In this document: piece after piece, positions 40,404-50,175 of the stretch | Position numbering within the stretch: position 1 is the first letter of the stretch | Layout of the letters: every line of letters begins with the position of its first letter | Origin: Candidatus Omnitrophota bacterium | GTDB taxonomy: Bacteria > Omnitrophota > Gorgyraeia > Zapsychrales > JANLHA01 | Assembly (NCBI GenBank): GCA_022711395.1 | Contig: JAKLFA010000004.1 | Location: 204,996 to 268,995, forward strand | Reading direction: 5' to 3' | DNA length: 64,000 nucleotides | Made by a program: the position numbers and the translations under genes | The notes under the pieces: generated by a model | Told to the model about the DNA's origin: nothing | The model's input: only the letters and a program-made list of their open reading frames with translations | The model's database searches: none

Positions 40404-41354
40404 TTAAAGAGTTCGTACGGCAAAAACCTGACTATAGTACTTGCTTAAAATACTCCGCCACTTTTCAGCCTCCGCTTTGGATGCCATCAATCCAAATAAC
40501 GAGGGGCCGCTTCCAGAGAACGAAACTCCTTGTAATCCCAACGCTTTTAAGCGTTCTTTAATGTCCGCCAGTCTTGGACAGACTGAAATAATCCCTTGTT
40601 CCAAATCATTGGAAAGAAGATCCCTAGACTTATTAATATCTTTTTCCAATAAAGAATGGATAAGGATATTAGCATTATCGGATGTCTTTGTCAACCTTTC
40701 GATTTTTTTAGCGGTTCCAGCCCGAAAATGCCTCTTTTTGCCATAAACAGAGCCGGAATTTCTGTTAAAAACCGAAATACTGGTCACTTCCAAATTCAAG
40801 GCCCCATACACCTTTGGGGTCGGCATTTTGATCTTAGGAACCACCAAAACGTGCCATATCTTTTGCCTTAAAGACACCGGCCGGATACGCTCCCCGCGCC
40901 GCTCGCCAATGGCCCAATTTACATCCCAAATAAAAAACGGCACATCACTGCCGATGCGGGCTGCACAGTCCAAAAGTTGTTTGCGGGATAAGCGAAGATT
41001 CCATAACCGGTTCAAGGCAAAAAGCGTTGTCGCCGCATTACTGGACCCCCCAGCCAGACCAGCCGCCACAGGAATATTTTTTTTGATCCTGACCTCAACA
41101 CCCTTGGTCACACCACAATATTGCTGCAAAAGAGACGCCGCTTTGTGAACAAGGTTCTGGCTTGTGCACGGCACGCCGGGGTGATCACAAAGTATGCGGA
41201 TCTCCTGCGAAGGAAGAATTCGAAAATGCATCTGATCACAGAGGCTGATACGCTCAAAAAGCGTGTGGATATTGTGAAACCCATCTGCCCGTCTGTTGAT
41301 CACTTTTAAGATGAGATTGACTTTAGCTGGCGAGTATAACTGTAACGCGTTCAT
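40404..41354 (-). CDS. ispE: 4-diphosphocytidyl-2-C-methyl-D-erythritol kinase
   Basis: GHMP kinase with PAKVNLILKV N-terminus and PVAAGLAGGSSNAA motif. Confidence 0.85.
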   Translation of the reverse strand: MNALQLYSPAKVNLILKVINRRADGFHNIHTLFERISLCDQMHFRILPSQEIRILCDHPGVPCTSQNLVHKAASLLQQYCGVTKGVEVRIKKNIPVAAGLAGGSSNAATTLFALNRLWNLRLSRKQLLDCAARIGSDVPFFIWDVNWAIGERRGERIRPVSLRQKIWHVLVVPKIKMPTPKVYGALNLEVTSISVFNRNSGSVYGKKRHFRAGTAKKIERLTKTSDNANILIHSLLEKDINKSRDLLSNDLEQGIISVCPRLADIKERLKALGLQGVSFSGSGPSLFGLMASKAEAEKWRSILSKYYSQVFAVRTL

Positions 41355-42349
41355 AATGTCGGCAAAGGCTTATTATCTTCTAATTTGATTGCATCAGGGC
41401 CCTGGGGATCTCCTTCCTGAAAAACACCTAACGCTCGCTGCCAATATTCATCGGCCTTGGCTGAATCCCCCATTGCATGGTACACCTGAGAAATATGCTT
41501 ATAAATTTCCGGGTCTTCCAGAACATTCAAGGCTTTCAGCAGATACTCCAAGGCCTTTTGATGATCGCCCTGCTTGAAATAGACCCACCCTAAACTATCA
41601 AGATACGCGCCGTTCTGGGGATCGATTAAAAGAGCCTGCTCGATCATGACCTTCGCTTCATCAAGCTTAACCCCTTTCTCGGCGTATAAATACCCCAAAG
41701 AATTCAAACAACTGTCATTGGCCGGATCATATTGCAGCGTCATTTCGAACAGTTCCATGGCCTTCTGTTCATTCTTGGTCTCAAGATAGAGCGCTCCCAG
41801 AAGGAACATCACGTCCGAATTGTCCGGCTCCAAAGACAGGACCGCCTCAAACTGCTGAATGGCCTTGTCATATTCTTTCTGCGAATAATACAACTGCGCC
41901 AGATACCCGTAAATCTCGACGTTTTCCGGCTGCGCCGCAACAAAAGAGCTCAGGATCGCTTCATACTGTTTGGCTGCCTGATCATAATCTTTCTGGGTTG
42001 AATAAATCAACGCCAGCAGATAGCGCGCCTGGACATTATCCTTGTCGAACTCTAACGCTTTGGTCAGGTCATCAATGGCCTTCTGAAGCTTGCCGAGCCG
42101 CGCATAATCAGCCCCAAGACGAAGGCGGACAGCATAATTATCCCCGTAACCGACAGACTTTTGAAATTCCTCGATCGCTTTATCGGTCTCCCCATAAAGG
42201 TCATAAATGATCCCCATCGCATACAACGCTAAACTTTTGGCCTTGGCTTCCTGGTCTTCCAGCGCCCAGACCGATGGACCAAATGCCAACCCCATAGCCC
42301 ATACGATCAAACCGATCACGATGATTTTGAAAAGCCGATGAGTGACCAT
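41351..42349 (-). CDS. exported/membrane-anchored TPR-repeat protein
   Basis: N-terminal hydrophobic segment followed by tandem 34-residue TPR-like repeats. Confidence 0.65.
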   Translation of the reverse strand: MVTHRLFKIIVIGLIVWAMGLAFGPSVWALEDQEAKAKSLALYAMGIIYDLYGETDKAIEEFQKSVGYGDNYAVRLRLGADYARLGKLQKAIDDLTKALEFDKDNVQARYLLALIYSTQKDYDQAAKQYEAILSSFVAAQPENVEIYGYLAQLYYSQKEYDKAIQQFEAVLSLEPDNSDVMFLLGALYLETKNEQKAMELFEMTLQYDPANDSCLNSLGYLYAEKGVKLDEAKVMIEQALLIDPQNGAYLDSLGWVYFKQGDHQKALEYLLKALNVLEDPEIYKHISQVYHAMGDSAKADEYWQRALGVFQEGDPQGPDAIKLEDNKPLPTL

Positions 42350-42435
42350 CTCAGAGATCCCAAGTGAGGATTCAAAAACAAATACAGAGGAGGCTCAACA
42401 GCCAAAGAACGGTGTTGAGCCTCTCAACGAACAGA

Positions 42436-42537
42436 TTACGACCAATCTCTCTTCTTGATATGACGCAGTGACTTTCTAAGTTTTTTACGCTTATGGGTCG
42501 TGATTTTTCTTCGCTTACGCTTCTTTCCGCAAGGCAT
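42436..42537 (-). CDS. 33-aa highly basic protein, possibly ribosomal protein bS22-like
   Basis: ATG with GGGAGAG SD. Translation: MPCGKKRKRRKITTHKRKKLRKSLRHIKKRDWS. Below the 60-aa cutoff of the ORF track. Confidence 0.4.
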   Translation of the reverse strand: MPCGKKRKRRKITTHKRKKLRKSLRHIKKRDWS

Positions 42538-42557
42538 AGCTTTATCTCTCTCCCTCT

Positions 42558-43433
42558 TTAAAAGATGATTTTGTTTAACGAATATTCGATAATTCCCTGT
42601 GCGCCGGCCGTTTTCAGCGCCGGGATCATGCTTCGCACTTTACTTTCATGGATCACGGTCTCGACAGCCAGCCAGCCTTCCTGGCTTAAATGCGAGATCG
42701 TGGGGTTTTGCAAGGACGTAAGCTGCTTCAAGACCTTTTCGAGGTTCTTTTCTTCAACGTTCATTTTCAATCCGACCATCCCGTCAGCGTCGATCGCTCC
42801 TTTTAATAACATCGTGATCTGGTCCATCTTGTTCTTTTTCCAAGCGTCTTTGGCCGACTGACGATTAGCTATAAACTGTGTCGTGGATTCGCAGATCGTA
42901 GAGACGATCCGTAGTTTGTTCGCCCGCAAACTGCTCCCTGTTTCGGTCAATTCGACCACCGCGTCCACCAGCCCTGAGGCGACCTTCGCCTCGGTGGCAC
43001 CCCAACTGAACTCCACATCCGCTTTGACATTGTTTTCTTTCAAATACTGTTTCGTAACATTCACGAGCTCCGTAGCGATCCGTTTTCCCTCCAAATCCTT
43101 GACGGATTTGATCTTGGAATCCTCCGGAACGGCCAAAACCCAGCGGACCTTAACTGCTGACTGTTTGGCATAAACCAAATCCGCAAGCGGAAGGACCTTC
43201 GAACTGTTTTCAAGGGTCCAGTCCGCCCCTGTGATCCCGCAGTCCAGAACGCCATCTTCCACATAACGAGAAATCTCCTGGGCCCTCAAAAGGACAGGCT
43301 CGATCTCAGCATCATCAATAGAAGGAAAATACGACCGGCCAGAAATATAGATCTTGAATCCCGCCCGCTCAAAAACCTTGAACGTCGCCTCCTGCAAGCT
43401 TCCTTTTGGCAAGCCGAGTTTTAGTGTCCCCAT
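42558..43433 (-). CDS. hisG: ATP phosphoribosyltransferase, long form with C-terminal regulatory domain
   Basis: HisG N-terminal sequence at ~290 aa. No other his genes adjacent. Confidence 0.85.
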   Translation of the reverse strand: MGTLKLGLPKGSLQEATFKVFERAGFKIYISGRSYFPSIDDAEIEPVLLRAQEISRYVEDGVLDCGITGADWTLENSSKVLPLADLVYAKQSAVKVRWVLAVPEDSKIKSVKDLEGKRIATELVNVTKQYLKENNVKADVEFSWGATEAKVASGLVDAVVELTETGSSLRANKLRIVSTICESTTQFIANRQSAKDAWKKNKMDQITMLLKGAIDADGMVGLKMNVEEKNLEKVLKQLTSLQNPTISHLSQEGWLAVETVIHESKVRSMIPALKTAGAQGIIEYSLNKIIF

Positions 43434-43503
43434 AATAGTCCCCTCTATAATGCGTGCAATATTATATATTATAATTTTTTATGTTTAAATAAAAATGAAG
43501 CGT

Positions 43504-43532
43504 TATTATAACCACAACTTAAAAAAATGTAA
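43504..43532 (-). promoter_or_regulatory. sigma70-type promoter for hisG: TTTACA-17-TATAAT
   Basis: Minus-strand read TTTACAtttttttaagttgtggtTATAAT, about 70 nt upstream of the hisG ATG. Confidence 0.5.
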
Positions 43533-43582
43533 AGTTTTTTTCCAAAGCTTCAACCACGCAACCATATCTCAAAAATGCCTTC

Positions 43583-43611
43583 TTGCCAAACCATGAATTG
43601 GTCTTTATAAT
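43583..43611 (+). promoter_or_regulatory. sigma70-type promoter for the ppiD-like gene: TTGCCA-17-TATAAT
   Basis: TTGCCAaaccatgaattggtcttTATAAT, about 35 nt upstream of an AAAGGAG SD. Confidence 0.55.
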
Positions 43612-43646
43612 AGCTCTCCATTCAGACAAAAAAGGAGCCCTGGTCA

Positions 43647-45100
43647 TGATGAAGTTCTTGCGAAAAGAAGGCGTTATGAAAACCCTTCTATGGATCGTAG
43701 CGATCGTTATCGTTCTTTCTTTCGGCATTTTCAGCAATGCCTATCTTCTGGAAGAACGCAGCTCCAAGCTCAAATACGCCGGACGGATCTTCGGGGAAAA
43801 GGTCCAGATCAAAGATTTCATGAACCAGCTGGAATTCCTGGACGCCTATTACATGATCACGGTGCCCGGCTACGAAAACCTCCGGCCCCAGATCGGCATT
43901 GAGGCCCGCACATGGGAACGCTTGATCCTTCTACATGAAGTTAAAAAAGAACGGATCACAGTCAAAGACGACGAAGTTGTTTCCACCATCAAGAACTTTT
44001 TCTCCGCCAACGGATCTTTCAATGCCGAATGGTATCGGTCAACGCTTCAAAGACTGCAAATCTCGGCTTCCAAATTTGAGGAAGGCATCCGCCAAACGCT
44101 GGCGATCGAAAAGTTGTTCGAACTGAAGACCTTAGGGCTCTCAGTAAACGATGAAGAGCTTTTGGCAGCCTATACGCAAAAAAATGAACAAGCACAAGTC
44201 TCTTACGCTTCGTTCGCAACATCCTCATATTTAACAACAGTTACCGCTGATGAAATCGCCGTTAAATCATTTTTTATTGATCATAAGGCTGAATTCGCTC
44301 AGCCGCCGTCCATACAGGTCCATTACCTGACTTTCGCCTCCTCTGAAGAGAACGCTCAAGAACCATATGACCGTGCTTTAGACGCCTCAAACCGTCTTTT
44401 TCAGGGAGAAAGCATCTATTCCATCGCCCAATCCATGAATATGAAGGTAGCAGAGACCGGCTTTTTCAACACGAACAACGTTGATATCGCTCTCGGTTGG
44501 CCTCTATCAACGATCGAACGACTCTACGACATGCAGCCGCTGGAAGGCGCCGAATTCGTCCCCATGAAATCGGGCGGATATCAGATCCTTCAGGTCAAAG
44601 CCAAGCGCGATGCCTATCTGCCGGCCTTTGAAGAGGTCAAGCAACAAGCCACCCAGGCTTGGCAGGAAACCCAGGCCAAGGCCCTTGCCAAAAAAGATGC
44701 GGATGCCAAGCGCGCAGAGATCATTTCCGTGCTTGAACAGACTCCCGGCCAAACCTTTGAACAGGCTGCCTCGAATCTGGGGATCGCCCTGCAGGAAACG
44801 CCTGTCTTCAAACGCAACGACTATCTTCCAGCGCTCGGCATCGCCACTGAGCTGCAGGAATCTGCTTTTCAAATCAACGATGGATCCGTCAGCGATGTGA
44901 TCGAAACGCCGACCGGTTACGCGTTCTTCAAAGTCGTCCAACGCATTGCCATTGATATGACGGCCTTTGAGAAGGAACGCGAGTCTATGCGCATGGAAGT
45001 CCTCAGAAAAAAACAAACAACCGCCTTTAACTCCTATTTCACAGATGTTCTTTCCAAAGCGAACCTGGAAGACAAGATCTCCGAATGGATGAAAAAATAA
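43647..45100 (+). CDS. periplasmic chaperone / PPIase, PpiD/SurA-like (membrane-anchored)
   Basis: N-terminal TM anchor, SurA-N-like chaperone region and a C-terminal parvulin-like segment. Confidence 0.65.
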
Positions 45101-45124
45101 ACCGCAGCACATCGGATACAAACA

Positions 45125-45154
45125 AAAATCCCCGCTTATAAACGGGGATTTTTG
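45125..45154. terminator. bidirectional intrinsic terminator between the convergent ppiD-like and trx-like genes
   Basis: AAAAATCCCCG-cttataaa-CGGGGATTTTT hairpin flanked by A-run and T-run. Confidence 0.6.
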
Positions 45155-45181
45155 TTTGGTCAAAAAAATCAATATCCAACC

Positions 45182-45679
45182 TCAATTCAACAACTTCTCA
45201 TAATCATCAGGCAGGTGATGCTCAACGGTGCGGATCTTTCCATCAGCGCCGATAAAATAAAAGGTCGGCACCCCAGGAATAACATAATCATCTGTTGTCC
45301 TTCCGTCCGTATCGACCAGAACATTCAGCTCCAGGCCATTGCGGTCCATGAACGCCTTCACCTGTTTCGGGCCTTCTTCCAGATCGATCAAGATCACCTC
45401 GATCCCTTTTTTATGGATTTCTTCGATCTGTTGGTTCAAAGCGCTCAGCTGAGTCCGGCAATGCGGGCACCATGTCGCCCAAAAAAAGAGGATCGCCGGG
45501 CGCCCTTCCCGGATTTGGGACAAAGTCCATTCCTGGCCGTCTAAATCCTTCAATGTAAATTCAGCCGCCTGTTTCCCGATCAAAGGATTACCGAACAGAT
45601 TGAACTGCGCAAGGGAAACCGTGGTCATGACCGCTGTCATGACAAGCGCCATTCCTCCATATTTCAACACTCTTCTCAT
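45182..45679 (-). CDS. exported thiol-disulfide oxidoreductase, TlpA/ResA-like thioredoxin fold
   Basis: Signal peptide and WATWCPHC active site. Confidence 0.75.
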   Translation of the reverse strand: MRRVLKYGGMALVMTAVMTTVSLAQFNLFGNPLIGKQAAEFTLKDLDGQEWTLSQIREGRPAILFFWATWCPHCRTQLSALNQQIEEIHKKGIEVILIDLEEGPKQVKAFMDRNGLELNVLVDTDGRTTDDYVIPGVPTFYFIGADGKIRTVEHHLPDDYEKLLN

Positions 45680-45688
45680 ACATCCTCC

Positions 45689-46009
45689 TCATCCCTGTGG
45701 TGATGTTTCATCCTGAAGCCATTTCAAATATTCCTCGTTTCCTTCAACGACCGGCAAAGCGATGATCTCCGGCACAGAATAAGAATGCGCGCCGCGCACG
45801 GTTCTGACCACGTCTTCAAACAGAGCTTTACGCGTCTTTAAGATCAGCAACACTTCTAAAGCGTTCTCTCGTTTGCCCTGCCAACAGAACACGGAACGGA
45901 CACCATCGACAATATTTGCGCAGGCGATCAAGCGTCCGTCCAAAAGCAGCCCGCTGATCTTTTCTGCCTCCTCACGGCTTGCGCACGTCACGAAAATCAC
46001 GCAATATTC
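45689..46009 (-). CDS. cutA: divalent-cation tolerance protein CutA
   Basis: CutA1 sequence (LIACANIVDGVRSVFCWQGK...VPEIIALPV). Internal start MEYCVIF. Confidence 0.8.
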   Translation of the reverse strand, partial: EYCVIFVTCASREEAEKISGLLLDGRLIACANIVDGVRSVFCWQGKRENALEVLLILKTRKALFEDVVRTVRGAHSYSVPEIIALPVVEGNEEYLKWLQDETSPQG

Positions 46010-46062
46010 CATCCCCCGCCCCTTATCTGTCGTTTTTACCGCTTTGATCCTAACAGACTGTC

Positions 46063-46758
46063 CTATTCCAACCGCAAGATCGACAAATGACGCCCGGCCT
46101 TTTCTTTCTGCCTGCGATAGGAAAACAGGTCTTCCGAACAGCACGTGCATCGACCAACATCCAAAATATTTTCTTCCAAAACACCTTCCCGCAGCAGTTT
46201 CATCCGGCATGCCCCCTGCAGGTCCAAATACCAATTACCGTTCTGAGGTATAACATATTCCGGAAAGATCCCGCAGAATTCCTGCCCAACCTGATAACAG
46301 CAACTGCGGATCGATGGCCCCAGCGCCGCTTTCATGCCGCCAGCGGAGGCTCCAAACTTTTTCCGCATCATTTCGATTGTTTTTGCGATGATATCATCTG
46401 CCGCGCTCCGCCAGCCCGCGTGCGCAAGTCCTATGGCCCCGGCCTTTTTGTCATACAAAAAAACCGGAACACAATCCGCTGTCCGGATCGTCAGGATCAG
46501 CGATGGATCAGATGTGATCACCGCATCCGCGTCAGCAACGACCCCTTCATCAACATAAGCCGCATCAACCGTCAGCACGCCATCTCCGTGCACCTGGTGA
46601 ATATGCGCAACCCGACGCGGATCCATGTTCAAAAAACGCAAATAACTGCTCTGATCTTCTGTCAGGACAACGGATTTCTCAGGCCGTTTAAAATCCACGG
46701 AAACGTCCGTGAAAAACGCCTTGACCTCCGGTCCTAAAAAATAGCTTAGATCCTTCAT
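46063..46758 (-). CDS. pgeF: YfiH/PgeF family (LACC1-like) protein
   Basis: DUF152-type motifs HQVHG, ADCVPV and GLAHAGWRS. Confidence 0.8.
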   Translation of the reverse strand: MKDLSYFLGPEVKAFFTDVSVDFKRPEKSVVLTEDQSSYLRFLNMDPRRVAHIHQVHGDGVLTVDAAYVDEGVVADADAVITSDPSLILTIRTADCVPVFLYDKKAGAIGLAHAGWRSAADDIIAKTIEMMRKKFGASAGGMKAALGPSIRSCCYQVGQEFCGIFPEYVIPQNGNWYLDLQGACRMKLLREGVLEENILDVGRCTCCSEDLFSYRRQKEKAGRHLSILRLE

Positions 46759-46853
46759 AGAGAATTGATTGTATCAAGAGAATATTGGAAAGTCTAGCCG
46801 GCCGGCATGAAAAAATAAAATCCGCGAACGCCTTCATAAACCGCGAATCCAAC

Positions 46854-48050
46854 CTAGGGTTCAAGCTCAACATCGATGGCCGGGTCCTTCTCCAGAAGTT
46901 CAACGGTGGACGTTGAAGGCAGCTCCTGGACCTTGTTCAATTTGCGTTCGATCGTCCGGCTTTTGCTGGCAGCCTCTTCGATCGTGTTGCTGGCCTCTTG
47001 CAGCTTTTTTTGTGTCCGCTTAAGGATCTCACCGAATTTAGAGAATTCGGTCCTGATAACGCCCAGCTGTTGCCATACCTCACTGGCCCGTTTTTCCACG
47101 GTCAGAGCCCGAAACCCGACCTGCAGACTGTTCAGCAACGCCGCGATCGTTGTAGGCCCGGCCGCCACGATCCGAAAATCCCTTTGCAAAGAATCGCACA
47201 ACCCGGGCCGCCTGATCACTTCAGCGAACAGCCCTTCGGTCGGCAAGAACATGAGAGCGAAATCCGTCGTATGCGGCGGATCAATGTATTTTTCCTGGAT
47301 CTTTTTGGCTTCCAGTTTGATGCGCTGTTCCAAAGCTTTCGATGCCTCCTCGACAAGGGCCTTATCCCCGGAATCCTGTGCTTCCTGAAGCCGCTGATAA
47401 TCCTCAACCGGAAACTTGGCGTCGATCGGCAACCTGACTCCTTCAGGAAAAAGGATCGCGAACTCCACCGGATCCTTGCTGCCCACTTTTGTGACGACAT
47501 TCTTTTCGAACTGTTCAGGCGTCAAGATCTGTTCCAAAAGATTTCCCAACTGAACCTCACCCCACGTTCCGCGGGTCTTCACATTGGTCAGTACCTTTTT
47601 AAGGTCTCCGACCCCCACGGCCAGATTGCGCATTTCCCCCAAACCTTCACGAACCTTGGAAAGCTGCTCGTCAACCAGTTTAAATGATTCCCCCAACCGC
47701 TTTTCAAGCGTTGAATGGAGGTTCTCATCCACCGTCTGCCTCATCTGCTCAAGCTTGGCGTTATTGTCCTTCTGAATGAACTCCAGGCGCTTTTCGACCG
47801 ACTCCCGCACTGATTCAAAACCCTGCCGCAGGGAATCCCCAAAACCTTTCAATGTATCGCGCAACTCTTCACGGTTCCTGGCAATATCCTCGCGAACAAT
47901 GCGCTCAGTCCGTTCCTGATTTTTCGAGACCTCGTTAAAATGGTGCTGATAATCCGTCCGAGAAAAACGCGTCCAAAGCAGGATCGCCAACGCCAGATTC
48001 AAAACAAGAAGACCGATAGTGAACAGTTCCATAGATGACCCTTTGATCAA
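46854..48050 (-). CDS. rmuC: DNA recombination protein RmuC
   Basis: N-terminal TM, long coiled coil and a C-terminal RmuC nuclease-like domain. Confidence 0.8.
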   Translation of the reverse strand: MIKGSSMELFTIGLLVLNLALAILLWTRFSRTDYQHHFNEVSKNQERTERIVREDIARNREELRDTLKGFGDSLRQGFESVRESVEKRLEFIQKDNNAKLEQMRQTVDENLHSTLEKRLGESFKLVDEQLSKVREGLGEMRNLAVGVGDLKKVLTNVKTRGTWGEVQLGNLLEQILTPEQFEKNVVTKVGSKDPVEFAILFPEGVRLPIDAKFPVEDYQRLQEAQDSGDKALVEEASKALEQRIKLEAKKIQEKYIDPPHTTDFALMFLPTEGLFAEVIRRPGLCDSLQRDFRIVAAGPTTIAALLNSLQVGFRALTVEKRASEVWQQLGVIRTEFSKFGEILKRTQKKLQEASNTIEEAASKSRTIERKLNKVQELPSTSTVELLEKDPAIDVELEP

Positions 48051-48119
48051 ATGTATTGAAAAAGATTGATTGATTCTAACAGGAGAATAAAAAGAAGTCC
48101 AGGACTAGAAGCTGGCGCA

Positions 48120-49961
48120 CTACCGGCTTTGGGGGAAAAACTGCTGCACGTCAAAATTCTCATGAACGAGTTTTTTCATCTTCTCATCGCAAGCGGGATC
48201 AAGAGCCGGAACGACCCCTTCCCGGGGAACGATCGTGCAGATCTCATTGCGGTTCCCAACAATGCTCGAGAGCTCTTCCAAGGTCGTTATGCCCTGCGCT
48301 ACCTTATCGAACCCCTCTTCAATAAGCGGCCGGAATCCGTATTTCACCGCGTGATCACGTATATCTTCCTCGCTGGCATTAGCATTGACCAGGCGTCTGA
48401 TATCCGAATTAAACGGCAGGATTTCATAGATCGCCGTCCGCCTCTGGAAACCTGTGTGTTTACATTCGGGGCAGCCTGCGCCTTTGACAAAACGGACGTG
48501 AGGATATTGCTGGATCAAATTCCTGAACATATCCAAAAAGAACACCGCCGGTTCATACTCGACCAGACAATGCTGGCAGTTGACCCTGACCAGCCTCTGC
48601 GCCAGGACACCCAAGATCGAGGACGCGATCAAAAACGGATCGATCCCGATATTGCGTAAGCGGGTCACAGAAGAAACGGAACAATTGGTATGCAGCGTGG
48701 TCAAGACCAAATGCCCGGTCAAGGAAGCCCGAAACGCCATATCAGCGGTTTCGCTGTCACGGATCTCGCCGACCAGGATGCAATCCGGGTCCTGCCGTAA
48801 CGCCGTCCTCATCCCGCTGGCGAACGTCACGCCGATGCGCTCATTGACCTGCGTCTGGATGATCCCGTCGATCATGTATTCCACGGGATCCTCAATGGTC
48901 ATGATATTTTTTTCGGCGGATTTGATACGATTTAAAAGCGCATATAGCGTTGACGTCTTTCCCGCCCCGGTCGGGCCGCAGACAACGATCATGCCTTGCG
49001 GTTGCTTGATCATTTTATGGATAAGATTGATCTGGTTGATCCGGAATCCCATGTTGCTTAAGTCCGCTTTCAATTCATTGGAATCCAGGATACGCAAGAC
49101 CACTTTCTCTCCAAAAATCGTGTTCATGAACGAAAGCCGCAAGTCCACAGGCTTGCCCATTACATCCAAATGGACCTTCCCGTCCTGCGGCCGGCGGCAT
49201 TCCGAAATATCAAGGTCGGACATGATCTTCAGCCGCGAGACAAGGTGCCGCTGGATACTCTTGGGCATCTGCCGCTTGACCTGCAGGATCCCGTCGATAC
49301 GATACCGCAGTTCAACATAATGTGTTTTGGGTTCAATGTGGATGTCGCTGGCCTTTTCCTGGATCGCCGTATAAATGATGGTATTGACCAAATTCACAAT
49401 AGGGGATTTCTGGGCGTTTAAAATAGCGCTCTGCTCATTGAGCTGCTCATCATCCACCTCCAATTTATCAATCGAAAACTCCACGATGCCATCCAAAGCG
49501 GAGTTTAGTTCCTGCTCATTAAAATACTGATCGATCTTTTTACGGATCTGGGAACGGCTGGCCAACACGATTTCGATCGCCTGAGGCACCAGGGCCCGCA
49601 ACTCGTCCAGGACCATAATGTCATAAGAATTGGTCATGGCGATCCTTATGGATCCGTTCTGGCCAAACGAAACCGGAAGGACCCCATGACGTTTAATAAA
49701 CGCTGTAGGGATCATTTGAAGGATGGTCGGATCAATTTCGCACTCATAAAGATCAATAAGCGGAAGGTTTGTATCCTGCGATAAAAGCTTCATCAACTTT
49801 TCTTCTTCAACAAACTGAAGGTCCAACAAAGCATCCAAAAGAGTGGTGTTTTCTTTGGCTTTATGAAGGCGGGCCTGTTCAAACTGGGACGCACTCAACA
49901 GCTGCGTGTTAATAAGTTCATCAATGACGCGCTTCACTCTCTCTCCCCCACCTGCAAGCAC
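48120..49961 (-). CDS. GspE/PilB-family secretion ATPase with N-terminal T2SSE_N (MshEN-like) domain and a tetracysteine motif
   Basis: Walker A GPTGAGKTST. CxxC...CxxC segment. N-terminal GspII_E_N-type region. Confidence 0.8.
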   Translation of the reverse strand: MLAGGGERVKRVIDELINTQLLSASQFEQARLHKAKENTTLLDALLDLQFVEEEKLMKLLSQDTNLPLIDLYECEIDPTILQMIPTAFIKRHGVLPVSFGQNGSIRIAMTNSYDIMVLDELRALVPQAIEIVLASRSQIRKKIDQYFNEQELNSALDGIVEFSIDKLEVDDEQLNEQSAILNAQKSPIVNLVNTIIYTAIQEKASDIHIEPKTHYVELRYRIDGILQVKRQMPKSIQRHLVSRLKIMSDLDISECRRPQDGKVHLDVMGKPVDLRLSFMNTIFGEKVVLRILDSNELKADLSNMGFRINQINLIHKMIKQPQGMIVVCGPTGAGKTSTLYALLNRIKSAEKNIMTIEDPVEYMIDGIIQTQVNERIGVTFASGMRTALRQDPDCILVGEIRDSETADMAFRASLTGHLVLTTLHTNCSVSSVTRLRNIGIDPFLIASSILGVLAQRLVRVNCQHCLVEYEPAVFFLDMFRNLIQQYPHVRFVKGAGCPECKHTGFQRRTAIYEILPFNSDIRRLVNANASEEDIRDHAVKYGFRPLIEEGFDKVAQGITTLEELSSIVGNRNEICTIVPREGVVPALDPACDEKMKKLVHENFDVQQFFPQSR

Positions 49962-50175
49962 AATAAAAAATCACAAAACTTGCAGAATTTAGCGCAAAAA
50001 AAGTATAAATTTACTGTTTTGCTGTTCCTGTGTTGATTTTTTGAGACTTAAGTGCTTATTTTAAAACATATTTTGTCTCAAGCAAAAAACCTAAAGAATA
50101 CAAACATTTAAAATCAATGATCTTTTTAAATGTTTTTTAAAATCACCGTAATGATAACAGCAAGAAATATGCCTA

